A stretch of DNA of 64,000 nt, taken from the NCBI GenBank assembly GCA_037447605.1, contig CM074812.1, positions 3,100,001-3,164,000 on the forward strand, written 5' to 3'. The position numbers and the translations under genes are program-made. Positions 37,201 to 49,739 of the stretch are shown piece after piece. This stretch comes from Zygnema circumcarinatum SAG 698-1b. Its lineage: Eukaryota; Plantae; Zygnematophyceae. The notes beneath the pieces are model-generated. The model did no database searches. It was not told the origin of the DNA and saw nothing but the letters and a program-made list of their open reading frames with translations. How positions within the stretch are numbered: the first letter of the stretch is position 1; each line of letters begins with the position of its first letter.

Positions 37201-40200
37201 ATTAAATCTTTGTTTTCGTAGTAAGCTCTCCCTCCTTTTTGCCTTATTCTCTTTACGGACCCTCCTTCAAAATTTCTCTCCAAAAAACTTTCCAACAAAT
37301 CAAGCATTCCGGGCACCTGCAAAGGAGTGAAAAAGTAAACAATAAGAAAATGAAGTAATAGAAGAATTCAAACATAGAAGCATCGAAAAAGATTCATCAA
37401 AGAGAAGATTGAATAAAGAGTTGACAAAAAAAAAAAAATAACGTTATGTGGGAAGGTAGGGGTGGTTAGACCCTGCAAATATTGAGATATCGAAGATATT
37501 TCAAGAGGAGGCTCCCTCCCTCCTCCCTTCCCCTTTCCCCCCCTCCATCAAATTCCCTCCCCTTCCCTATCTCCCCACTCCTCGCTTCCCTCCTCCCTCT
37601 CTCTACCTCCCCACTACTTTCGTCCCCTCCTTTCTGCTTCTCTTCTATCATCACCTCATTCCCCCAACCCCTCTCACTCCAATCCTCACTCCCTCTCTCT
37701 CTCTTTCTCCCCTCCGCTTTCACCCTCCTTTCCCCTCCCGCTCTCTATGTCTCTCGTCCGCTCCCTCTCTCTCTCCCCTCTCCTATCGTACCCTCGTTCC
37801 CCCACCCTTTCCACTCCCCTATCTCACTCTCTCCCTCCTCCCTCCCCCACAATTCCGCTCCCTCAATCTCTCCCTCCATCCCCCCTCCCCCTNNNNNNNN
37901 NNCTCCCTCTCCCTCTCCCTCTCCCACTCACATGCGAGAGTACCGCCACCGGCCCCTCCGCCCTCCTGAGCCCCGCGAGCACCTTCCCCAGCAGGAGCAG
38001 CTTCCCGCTTGCCGCCGCCATCCGCCGGAGACCGCGCTCGGCGAACCGCTCCGAGTGGACCCTTTGCGGCTTCTCATTTTTTAAAGTGGGTCGTTCGACA
38101 AGGTAGGGGTGGTCGCAGCACTGGAGGAAGGAGGAAAGGGAACATGGGGAAGCGTGAGGGAGAGAGAGAGGAAGAGAGAAAGAAGGGGGGGAGAGAGAGG
38201 GAGGAAGGGATGGAGGGGGTGGAGGCAGAGGGGAATGGGGGAAGGGGGGAAGGGGGGAGAGGGGGGAGGGAAGGGGGAGAGGGGGGGGNNNNNNNNNNGG
38301 AAGGGAGGGAGGGAGGGAGGGAGTGAGGGGAAGTTGGGGGAGAGGGAGAGAGGGAGGGGAGGGAGGGAGAGGGGGGTAGAGTGGGGGAGAGGAGGGGAGA
38401 GAAAGGGATAGTGGGGGGGGGGAGAGGAGGAGAAAGAGGGGTGAAATTGGGAGGGCGAGAGGGGGAGGGGGGAAAAGAAGAAGAAAGAGAGAGAGGGAAA
38501 GCGAGAGAAAGAAATGGGGAAGCGGGGAGGAGAGGACGAGTGGGAGCGGGAGGGAAAAAGCGGGAGGGAAAAAGTGGGAGAAAAGGTAAGGGAGGGGGGA
38601 TAGGGAGAGAGGAGGGAGAGCGAGAGAGAGAGAGAGAGAGATGGGGAGAGAGCGAGAGAGAGATTGCCTTTCTGAGTTGCCGAACAACATGTGCGAGCGT
38701 GACACCTGAGTTGTCACTCCATTGTCCTGAAGCCAAGAGGACTTCATAGCGCTTCAAAACTCCCCTGTAAGGCAGAACCGAACTTTGGATTACCACAGGA
38801 GGGAGGGGGAGGGGTGGAAGAGGGCGGGAGAGAGGCGGGAGGGGAGAGGGTGAGGGGAGAAGGAAGAGAGGGGCAGAAAGGGAGAGGGGGAAAGGAGAGG
38901 AGAAGAGAGGAGGGGAGAGCGAGAGGGGGAGGGGAGTGGAGGAAGAGAAGGGCAGAACGGGAGAGGGTGAGGGGAGAAGGAAGAGAGGGGCAGAACGGGA
39001 GAGGGTGAGGGGAGAAGGAAGAGAGGGGCAGAACGGGAGAGGGTGAGGGGAGGAAGAGAGGGGCAGAACGGGAGAGGGTGAGGGGAGAAGGAAGAGAGGG
39101 GCAGAACGGGAGAGGGTGAGGGGAGAAGGAAGAGAGGGGCAGTACGGGAGAGGGTGAGGGGAGAAGGAAGAGAGGGGCAGTACGGGAGAGGGTGAGGGGA
39201 GAAGGAAGAGAGGGGCAGAACGGGAGAGGGTGAGGGGAGAAGGAAGAGAGGGGCAGAACGGGAGAGGGTGAGGGGAGAAGGAAGGGAGAGGGTAAGGGGA
39301 GAAGGAAGAGAGGGGCAGAACGGGAGAGGGTGAGGGGAGAAGGAAGAGAGGGGCAGAACGGGAGAGGGTGACGGGACAAGGAAGAGAGGGGCAGAAAGGG
39401 AGAGGGGAAGGGAAAGTGAAGGGAAACGGAAAGGATTGGGAAACGGGCAGCGGGCAGCGGGCAGTGGGCAGACGAATAAAAAGTTTGTTGACGAGTCGGC
39501 GGATAGGAGGAGGCGAGGGAGGGGGGAGGGAGGGAGAGGAGACGAGAAAAAGAGAGCGAATGAAATTGAAGGAGAGTGGGGGGGGCGGTGGATCCAACGC
39601 ACAGTGGGAAGTGGAGAGAGAGAGAGAGAGAGAGTAAAGTCAGCCCTTACCTATAATGTCTGCATTGGGCTGCACTCATATCTACTGGGACCCAAATTTC
39701 TCTCCTCCTCGGGAGAGGAGGGAGAATTTTGTCCTTTTCTCGACAAAGCGCATACTCCTTCAGTATCTCCCTCCCCTCTCCCACTCCTCCCGTTTCTAAT
39801 TTTTTGTCCGAAAAGAGATATTTCTGCAAGTCAGATTCCTCTAGTGTTGTTTCCTGACACAAAAAGAAATGGTTAGTACTGGTGAAGGACGATCAGAAAA
39901 AGAAAAAAAGGAAAAAACAAGTCAATTTCGAATGTGAAATTGAAAGTAAATAAATGCCGTAAGATGAAGAAAGTGACTATTTTCGTTTCATGTGGAAGAG
40001 AGAGATGAAGGAAGGAGAGAGAGGAGATGGCGGAGAGGAAAGAAAAACGAGGACATGGCAGGAGAGGTAAGGAGATAAAGGAGAGGTTAGGAGAGAACGG
40101 AGATGACGAAAGAGTAAAGGAGAGAGTGGCGGGAGAGGATAGGAGAGCAAGGAAGAGGAAGGGAGAGGAAAGGAGTGAGAGGAAGAGGAAGGGAAATAAC

Positions 40201-41880
40201 TTGGTGTGGGAAACAACAGATATCGGGAGAGGAAGGAAGTTAGGGAGAGCATTGTAATAAAGAAGAGGGAGAGGGAGTGGGAGAGGGAGAGGGGGCAGAG
40301 GACATAATGGAGGAGAAGGAGAGGGAACAGTAGAGGGAAGGAGGACGAAGGATAGGGAGTGGGAACGGAAGCGGGTAAGAGGGAGAGGGAACGGGAGTGG
40401 GTGCGAGAGGGGAAGCGGGAGAGGGTGAAGGCGAGGGAGGGAGGGAGGGAGGGAGGGAGGGAGGGGGGGAAAGTAGTTAACAATATTTGAAGGCAATTGC
40501 TTGCTTACTGGCAATTTCTGTCGATAAATGACAAGCCGAAAGTTGGTCGTCAGTTTGGCCAAAAGTTGACGGAGGGAATTCTTTGCCTTGTTGTTGCCGT
40601 CCGTTTCAGTTTCAGTTTCCGATTCAGTTTCAGTCGTGAGAGGAAGATCCAACGCCATCACCTCCCATTCAAGAGAACTTAAAAATGCCGATTCCTGAAA
40701 AGGGCAAAAAAAAATTAAAATTTTCAGGTATTTTAAATTTTAGGTAACTCAAAATTCCACATAGTTTAGTTAAAACTAGTCAACTAGTTAGCTTTTGGTG
40801 TGTTTGAGTATTAGGTGTTTACGCTATGCTAGGGAGTGAGGAGAGAGAGAGAGTGGGGACGGGGTGGGAGAGGGATGGGAGTGGGGTCTGAGAGGAGTGG
40901 GAGAAGGGTGGAAGGTGGGTGGGAGAGGGGTCGGAGAGAGTTGGAAGAGTGGGAGAGGGGTGGGAGAGGGGTGGGAGAGGGGTGGGAGAGGGGTGGGAGN
41001 NNNNNNNNNGTGGGAGAGGGGTGGGAGAGGGGTGGGAGAGGGGTGGGAGAGGGGTGGGAGTGGGGTCTGAGAGGAGTGGGAGAAGGGTGGCAGGTGGGTG
41101 GGAGAGGGGTGAAAGAGACAAATGTTACAAGGAGAGAACAAGGAAGCATCAACCTTAGAAATTTCACCTTTGTTTCCTTTCTTTTTTTGAATCATATTCT
41201 CACCTCCATCAACACCTGAAAAGTAGTGACCACGATCTGCACTCTCATTGGTCGGTGGTCTAAATGGAATTCCCATCGTTTAATTAAATTTCGATTTTCC
41301 GAATTTCCGCGGAGGCCCACTACATGTAAATTCGGGCACCATGAAGAAAATCCGTTCAGCCAATGGGAGGCCTTGGAGGGGGGAGCGATAATTAAAACCG
41401 GTTTTGTAGTGAGAAATTTTTCAAAAAGGGTACAGAAAAAGCTGATGGTTGTGGTGGATTTTCCCTGCGAGAACAAAAGAAGCAAAATGATAAAGAAGCG
41501 GTTAGTTAAATTCGTCGATTGCTCAACATTTCTGTACTCTGTCTGAACGTGTGTTTGTGAGAGAGAGCGAGGGGTGGAGAAAGGCAGAGGGAGAGAAAGG
41601 GAGAGAGAGGGAGAGAGAGGGAGAGAACTGGGGGGAGGGAGGACACAAAGATTCAAACCATTAAGACTCAATGAGTGCGTTTGATGATAAGTCCTTGAGT
41701 ACACACATTTGCGGTACTGTGCGTTTGTGTGTGAGAGAGAGAGAGAGGGGGAGAGAGCGAGAGAGGGAATGGGGGAAGAGGAGAAAGAGTGCGAGAGTGG
41801 GAGTGAGGGAGACACAGACAAGAGAGACTGTGAGAGAAAGCGGGAGGAAGAGAGAAAGGGAGAAAGTGAGAGAGAGAGAG

Positions 41881-41919
<39 letters not shown>

Positions 41920-44900
41920 GAGAAGGTGAAAGATTCCCACACTCACCAGACCAGCTTCATCTCCGAGAATAGCATCCTTGCGTTCAGACCAGCGCTTGAG
42001 CAGCCAATCAGAGCCCGCCAGCTGGTGGGGTCTCAAAATATCCAGAAACCGTTCACATTGCAAAGTCGGGCCGGGCAGAGAAACCCTTTTTCGTCGCTCC
42101 ATCTTTTTACGTGTTGAAAAGAAAAAGGGAGGAAAAAACGGGAGGCAGGTTAGACTAAAAAAACTACCAGTTTCTCGATGTTTTTAGGGCTTTTTGGGAT
42201 TTTAGGGTTTCAAGGATGAAACTCAGTAAAGGTTAAGACAGTCAGAGGGAAGGAGGGAGGGAGGGAGGGAGGGAGGGAGGGAGGGAGGGAGGGANNNNNN
42301 NNNNGGGAGGGAGGGAGAAGAAGAGTCCGAGTGAGAGAGAGAGAGAGAGAGAGAGACTTCGCCGGCTGTGAACCAACCTTACCTCCTCCTTCCAGCTCGC
42401 CTGCGTGTGCTTCCGCATCTCCTCTCCCGCTGCAAAGGCCGAGCAGAGCTCCCTCCCCTCCTTGTCCTTTAGCGGCCCCGGGAAGGCGGGCTCCCACGAA
42501 CAGTGGCGGTACGGCAGGCCCCGCCACTTGACCAGCCTGCATGGGCATGCATGAGGATGGAGGCCATGTCATCACCATTGCTGCACATACATCATTCTAC
42601 ATCGTTGGTTCCGTCCCTCTCTCCCTCCCTCCCTCCCTCCCTCGATCCCTTCCTCCCTCCCTCCCTCCCTCCCCTCGATCCCTCCCTCCATCTCTCCCTC
42701 CCTCCTTCCCTCCCTCCCTCCCTCGATCCCTCCATCCCTCCCTCCCTCGATCCCTCCCTCCTCCTCCCTCCTCCTCCTCCCTCCTCCCTCCTCCTCCCTC
42801 TCCCTCCCTCCTCCTCCCTCCTCTCCCTCCCTCCTCCTCCCTCCTCCCTCGATCCCTCCCTCCTCCTCCTCCTCCCTCTCTTCCTCCCTCCTCCTCCTCC
42901 CTCCTCCCTCGATCCCTCCTCCTCTCTCCCTCCTCCCTCGATCCCTTCCTCCCTCCTCCCTCCTCCCTCGATCCCTCCCTCCCTCCCTCCCTCCCTCCCT
43001 CCTTCCCTCTCTCCCTCCTCATGCATCATCTGCTCCAGCATCATCATTTCAAACGTCGACATCAATTCTGAAATTAGCTCCTTCCCTCCCTCCATCCCTT
43101 TCACAACATGTCATGTGTTTTGACATCGTCCGCTGCAACACGACTTCTCCTCCCAACATGACCTTGCTAAGAACACTTCCAAAAAGCACCATTTCTGACA
43201 TAATCTTTCCCAAATCATTTGTTCCAACATCATTGTCATTTTTTACAAACACCAACATATTTCTCTCCCTCTCTCTCGAGATCATCAATCGATCTTCACC
43301 TAATTCAGCCCATGTATAACATGGGAGGGAGGGAGGGAGGGAGGGAGGGAGGGAGGGAGTCGAGAACAGAGAGATGATCAACAATGCAATGATCACATGT
43401 GACGGCAACACCTTTTTTGATCTGTTTTCCGTTTCCCGTTCCAAACCATTTTACAATCCATTCTAACTATATTTTACTTCATTATGCAACCAGTTACTAG
43501 AAAAGTAAAATAGAAAGAATAACATGAGAAAGGAAAATGGAAAAGGAGGGGCGATGTTTTTGGTGCGTTGCCGAATTTCCAACATAATGCACTGACAAAT
43601 AAAGAAAAAGGTAAAAAGAAATAGGGTAGGATTCCGTCGATGAAATGGGCCAATCTAGGTCTGCCACGTCAGCTTTTTGATTGGACGACACGTCACAGGT
43701 ACTCTCAATGGAATGCACACCAACAGTCAAATTTCATAAACCGTCCCTTTTCCCTCCCTCCATCCTGTCCGCCCATCCCTCCCTCCCTCCCTCCCTCCCT
43801 CCCTCCCTCCCTCCCTCACTCCCTCCCTCCCTCCCTCCATCACTCCCTCCCTCCCTTCCTCACTCCCTCCCTCCCTCCCTCCCTCCCTCCCTCACTCCCT
43901 CCCTCCCTCCCTCCCTCCCTCCCTCCCTCCCTCCCTCCCTTCCTCCCTCACTCCCTCCTTCCTCAGCCCTCCTCTCTCACTCTCGTTGTATCACACTAGA
44001 TAGGACTCCAAGGCTACACTAAAAGTAAACTTTGAATGGGAAAAAAAAAATCCAAAAAATCAAAGATGTCACAAACATCCCTCAACTATTATCACCTCCT
44101 GTAACAAACATCACAATGTCATGTTCATCATCATGAACGTGAAATTTTTTTCTTGCAAATGTTCTCACATGCATTCGAAGAGATGAAGAAAACCCAAAAA
44201 AAAAAAACGTTGAGGAGTTTCGTAGGGATTTTGCTTTGAAAAAATCCCCAAAAACCCATATCGATATATACCGAAAAAGGACCCTTCTGTTTCGTGAAGA
44301 CTATTGGGAGAAGGAAAAGGACGGAAAGCGAATGATTCAAATTTTCAAAATTCAAAATTTCCTTCTCTAGCAGCTGGATAAAGGATGTACGTTTGATCCT
44401 TACAAAAGAACGGAAATAATAACTTTGTCGAAAATCAATTTGATTTCGCTTGCTTTTTTTCACCTGTTCTTCAACACCCACAACATGTAACATCTGTCCC
44501 CCTCTTATCTCATGAATAGCTCACAGCCAAACGCATCAAAGCCTAAGAAACGGACATCGAATGTTCGTCTAGTCCTTCTCGCCTCTCGCCCTCCCTCCCT
44601 CCTTCCCCTCCCTCTCCCACCCTCCTTCCCTCCCTCCCTCCTCTCTTCCTCCCTCCCTCCCTCCTTCACTTCCTCTCCCTCCCTCCCTCACTTCCTCTCC
44701 CTCCCTCCCTCACTTCCTCTTCCTCCCTCCCTCCCTCCATCCCTCCATCCCTCCCTCCCTTCCTCCCTCCCTCTCTCCCTCCCCCTCCCCACCTCTCTTC
44801 CTCCCTCCCTCCCTCACTTCCTCTCCCTCCCTCCCTCCCTCCCTCTCTCCCTCCCNNNNNNNNNNAGGGGGGGAAGGGAAGGGGGGGTAAAGGGGTGGGA

Positions 44901-47652
44901 GGGGAGAAAAGAGGGAGAGGGTAAATACAGAGAGGCACGAGTGGCAGAAAAGAGTGGTGAGAAAGAGGGAGGGGACGAGAGAGCAAGAAGCCGAAAGGCA
45001 AGGGTAAGAGTGCAAGAGAGGGAAGACAGAGAATGGACAGGAATGAAGGCAGAGAGAGAGCGAAAGCAAGGAGGACAAAGGAGAAGGAGAGGGAGGAGAG
45101 AAGAGTGAGAGAGAGCGAAAGGAGGACAGAGAAAGGAAAAGAGAGGGAGGCGATGAGAGAGGAAGGGAGGGACGAGGAGAGAAAAGGAGAGCAAAGGGAG
45201 GGAAGGAGGGAGATGAAGGGGAGTGAATAGAACATTAAAAATCTAAGAAATTGTAGAAAAGAAAATGCAGATAAGAAGAAGAAGTAGGATGCATATCTGT
45301 ATAATAATAATAATTAAAAACAGGAACTTACATTCTTCTTGAATGCAGCCAGCTTCTCGTGGTAGTGCTTCTCCAGCCACTCCTCTCCCACCCATGAGTT
45401 GTATGCATGAGCCATCCCCTCCCACTTCACAAAGTACTCCCACTCCACATCTGCCTCCTCCTCCACCTTCCTATTGGGTCTGCTTTTTTGACCTTTCTCC
45501 TGCCCAGACTGACCCAAATTGTTCAAACGCCGCAATTTGCTCTTCTTTCCGTTCTTTTTTTCTCTTTTTCGGTCTGCCCGATCCCGCCTATTGACCCTTT
45601 TTTGGACCCGTCCGAGCCTCTGACTGAGTCCGTTACCTCCGTTTCCGTTACCGTTTCCGTTACCGTTTCCGTTTTCCTTCATTCCATTGTCCTCGGACCC
45701 GTCAGAGAAAAAACTTTTCTCCAATATCTCCACCGTTGCCACTAACGGAACGTCCTCCGTTACAAGATCAGCAGTTTCTTCATCTTCTTCAAACACAACT
45801 GAAAGACATGGAACGTCGGTTGTGTCTTCATCATTGTCAGTCTCCCCTACTTGCAGTTTCTTCGTCCCCTCTCCTCTCTCTCCCACAGCTCTCCCTCCAT
45901 CTGTCGTCATAAACGACTTCCAAAAGTTGCCCTTCTCTAACCCTGAATGATCCTCAGTTCGATAAACTTCTGCCATGTTGAAAGCATCAACAGCCATCCT
46001 CTCTCCAGCTTCACTCCCACTCCTACCACGTGCATCTCGTTCCAAAATATCTCTCTCGCCCTCCCCATCATCCTCTCTCTCCTCCCTCCCTCCCTCTCCT
46101 CCAGTCCTTTGACCCACATCCGCATCGGCCTGTTCATCACGCCTTTTCAACACACGTTCTCTCTCCTCCCCATCAATCTCCTCCTCTCCCTCTCTCCCTC
46201 CCGCTGCCCCAACAACTTCCGGAATTCCAGCATACTTTCTCCCTCTGCCACTCCCATCTTGAACTCCCCCATTTCCTGCAGAATGGCTGAAAGTTGTTCT
46301 ACCCCATCTCACTCTCTCTCTGCCTCTCCCTCCTCTCACAACATTCCTTACTCCCCATATAGAATTTACTCCTTCACTTACCACTTCGGGTCCTTTATTC
46401 GCTCTCTTATGTAGACATGCAGGGCAAAACCAATTCCCTGCAGGGAGATTTTCCAAAGGAGGATACAAAGCCTGAAGATGATATGTGGTACTACAATCCT
46501 TGGCACTGCATATCCTGCAAAAATTTCGAACCAAAACATGCAAAGAATCCAAGCAATGTAAATAATGAAGGGGACGAGGAAAGGGAGGNNNNNNNNNNTG
46601 AGGGGAGGGAGAGGGAGAGGGGAGGGGAGGGGAGGGATGGACACGTAAGAAAAATCCTTAGAAATTTCAACCACTGCAGTAAGCATGAAGACCACACGAA
46701 ACCTGAACATCCTCCCTCTTGTTAACGGAAGTGCACATACTACTTACAAAATAGACTGAGGCTCCCTGCTTTGAAATCTATAGCGCTTCACTGCAGCCGT
46801 TCCATCTCTCTCCTTCTCTACCTCGTCTCGTTCTCTTTTTTCTACCTGTGCAGAGATTGGGAGATCCAAAAATCCTTCCCAATTTTCGCCTTCCTCTTCC
46901 TCAAATTCACTCCACTGCAGACTCTCCAAATCATCTTCTGTGATGAGCTTTGACGGATCAATCTCCGCTACCCGTTCCGTTAGCCGCTCCTTTCCCCTCC
47001 CATGGAACAGTTGGGGCCTGATGTCATCTCCCCCAATGCCAAACCCAATGGCATCTTCCTCCTCGTCTTCCTCCTCCTCTTTCTCCTCCTTCTCCTCCTC
47101 CTCCTCCTTCTCCTCCTCCTCCTCCTTCTCCTCCTTCTCTTCCTCCTCCTCCTTCTCCTTTTCGTCCTCGTCCTCCTTCTCCTCCTTCTCTTCCTCCTCC
47201 TCCTCCTCCTCCTCCTCCTCCTCCTTCTCTTCCTCCTCCTCCCCCTCCTCATCACTTGACTCTAGGGATCCGGCTACTTCTGTTAAATTGTTCAAGTTGA
47301 AAGAACCATTCCTTCGAACACTCCTTCCTGTTTGCTCTATGATAAGTTCCGTACCTTTTATTCCAGCAAATTTAAGCCTCGATTCCGTTCCGTTAAACTG
47401 CTCTGCTGTTTCATCGATCGCTGTTGGAGAGAGGTCTTCCATTTCTTCCTTGTTGAGGTCCACCTCCATTTCGTCTGATATATATCCTTGAACCAAATCA
47501 TCCTCAGTCACCTCTCTCTCCTCTCGCTCCTCTCCTCCCTTAAGCTCTCCATTCTTCACCAATCGCCTCTTTCGAACGGGACTAACGATAGTCAATTCCT
47601 CTCCTGCTCGTTTCTTTCTTTTGTTCGATTCCACCATCTTCCTTGCGTCCAT
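27158..47652 (-). CDS. MOM1: MOM1-like (CHD3-derived) protein: acidic N-terminus, degenerate PHD, two chromodomains, degenerate SNF2 lobes, CMM2-like coiled coil, C-terminal SIM. Exons 47652-46748, 46514-45332, [missing], 42536-42383, 42102-41947, 41464-41204, 40694-40509, 39853-39651, 38764-38668, 38120-37932, 37316-37056, 35935-34553, 33951-33847, 33271-~30985 (frame errors, partly duplicated at 30948-29556), 29314-28288, 27423-27158
   Basis: PHD-like ICSAKDCSTTYHLQALYPPL...WFCPAC. Chromodomains EYFVKWEGMAHAYNSWV and LVKWRGLPYRHCSWE. SNF2-like LRPHQLAG...ILGDEAGLGKS, LRKCCDHPYL, ASGKLLLLGKVL, FDSAWNP and VYRFFTSRSMEE. MOM1-type ALLQWG, IALAMCWQAAS...DHQLS, EKEKQF...LLQNRALAELFRTK and terminal VIDLDSDGE. 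Splice phases are consistent except across the missing exon. The start codon is tentative. Confidence 0.85.
29548..30948 (-). repeat. Tandem duplicate of 30977-32370 (3' part of the large MOM1-like exon)
   Basis: Near-identical at offset ~1430 and bounded on both sides by 10-N gaps (29538-29547, 30949-30958). The copies differ by a 4-nt indel in a C/T run. Confidence 0.92.
32830..33050 (-). repeat. Coding 60-bp tandem repeat (20-aa PEPVPEPISPSEPVFRPAPP-type units)
   Basis: Three to four units lie in frame within the MOM1-like exon. Confidence 0.85.
38955..39400. repeat. 38-bp intronic minisatellite (GGGAGAGGGTGAGGGGAGAAGGAAGAGAGGGGCAGAAC)
   Basis: About 11 near-perfect tandem copies. Confidence 0.85.
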
Positions 47653-49739
47653 AAACAATAAAATGTAATTCTGAAAGCATATGTATTTGTCAGTCAAATA
47701 TTGCAACTGAAGTAGGATCATTCGGCAGTCGATGGTTAAATAAATGACTTCTCAAATCACTCGGGTACTCGTATATGAGAGTTACAAGACCTGCCAAAAG
47801 GAAGAAAAAGAATATGAGAACATTGCATTGTGAGAGGAAACAGAGCAGCAACTGATCACTCCTTCTCACCTCCCATCTTTCTGTCCTCCTCTTCCCTCCC
47901 TGCTTTCTTCCCCCTGCTCACTTCTCCCCTATCCTCACAAGTTCCTTTGTTGCTCTTTCTCCTCTCCTTCAACCACTACCTCCTCCAAAACAGTCGTTCA
48001 AAGATAAAGAAAAAGGAAAGGGAACTCTTTCAAGACATGAGCTGAACATTCTAAAACTAGTCACACCACATATGGACAATGGTTCAGACTCTGATGAAGG
48101 ACTGGATCCAAATAATGACTACGACTTACAAAGACAATAGCAAGTAGTACTTGCAAGAAAGTTCCACAAAACATGTCTTCTAGGAGCCATATAGTAGCCA
48201 TACTCTAACTCTTCTGATCAGAGCCTCAATTTTGTTATTTTACTACAAAAACTCCGTCCCCTTCACCCTCACCCCATCGTTTTTCTCCTACTCCTTCCTC
48301 CCTCCCCTCATTCCCCTACCCTCCTCATCCCCTCTCCCTCCCTCCACCGCTCCCTTCCTGTCTCCCTTCCCCCCTCCTCCCTTCCCTCCCACAACCCCTT
48401 TCTCCCTCCACCCCTCCCTCCTTCCCTCCCTCCCTCCCTCTCTCCCCCCTCTCATCCCACGCCCCTCCCTCCCCGCCCTCCCTCCCCGCCCTCCCTCCCC
48501 CCTCCCTCCCCCATTGATACAATTGAACTTTGATTTAATCTCTCCAGCACTCAGCGAAACAGTTTGGTCTACAAACCTACAATAGCTTGAAAGCATCCAA
48601 ACGCTTCTGGATTTGAAGTGCCTTGTTACAAAACCTAAGTGAAGCAGCCGTTTAAACTTGCATTTTTTCAACTGAAAATCGCTGACTAAGGGCTCCGTAA
48701 ACGCAATCTGGCAGAATGTTGGAAGCGGTATTTGCAGAACTGAGCCAAAATTAAGGTTAGGGCTTGGTTGCATTATTTGGTTAACCAGTTTAAGGTTTGG
48801 TTGTTTTCAGGGCGTTGAGTCTCTCTCTCTCCCTCTCTCTCTTTCTCTCTTTCTCTCTCTCTCTGTCAGTTTCTCTCCCCCTCCTTTCTCCCTCTCTCCC
48901 CCCTCTCTACCTTCTCCCACTCTCCCCTCTCTCTCTCCCTTTCTCTCTCCCCTCCTCTCCCCCCCTCTCTCTCTTCCCCCTCTCTCTGTCCCCCTCTCTC
49001 TCCCCGATAAGTCCAAGCCCTAACAAAACTCTAAATCAGAACAAGACACCAACAACCTCCGCCAGCTTGCTTGAATATTAGGGTTTCATGAGTTTCCAAA
49101 CCCTAATTCCCCGCTCTTTCTCGCTCTCTCTCCCTCTCTCCCCATCTCCCCTCCTCTCTCTCTCTCTCTCCCTCGCCCCTCCCCTCTCCCTCTCTCCCTC
49201 TCCCCTCCCCTCTCCCTCTCTCCCTCGCCCCTCCCCTCTCCCTCTCTCCCTCTCTCCCTCTCCCACCCCCTCTCTCTCTCTCTCTCTCCCTCTCCCCTCC
49301 CTTCTATCTCTTTCTCCCCCTCTGACGGCCTCTCCCACATCCCACCCATCCGCTCACCTCTGATAATAAAGCATGTCCATAATGATGATGCTGCTCCGCT
49401 CGCCTGCAGCACAAACCATGGCCATATGCAGCAGAATATTATGAGGGATGAATGGATGCTCATGTATGGCATGGATGGATGGCATGCATGATGGCACCTA
49501 TGGCATCCATGGCATCTATGGAATCTCTATAATATCATGGATGGCATGTATGCATGCATACACATACCATGGCATGGCATGGTCACATACATGCTCAGCC
49601 CCATGGCCTGCGCCTGCAGGGCCCCATCCCTTTCAGGCTCAAACTCGCGCGCTATGAGAGGGGAGGGGGGACGGGAAGGGGACGGCGGCGGCCATTGTAC
49701 GGATGGCAGGAATTAGGGCTCGCTCAAACGGGAAGTTTG

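Noticed and set aside
42536-45332. Phase mismatch and missing first half of chromodomain 2
   Set aside because: A gap at 44855-44864 can hide the exon; this is not evidence of a real deletion.
46940-47491. Poly-Ser, poly-Leu and poly-Arg ORFs
   Set aside because: They are alternative frames of the Glu-rich coding tract in the first MOM1-like exon.
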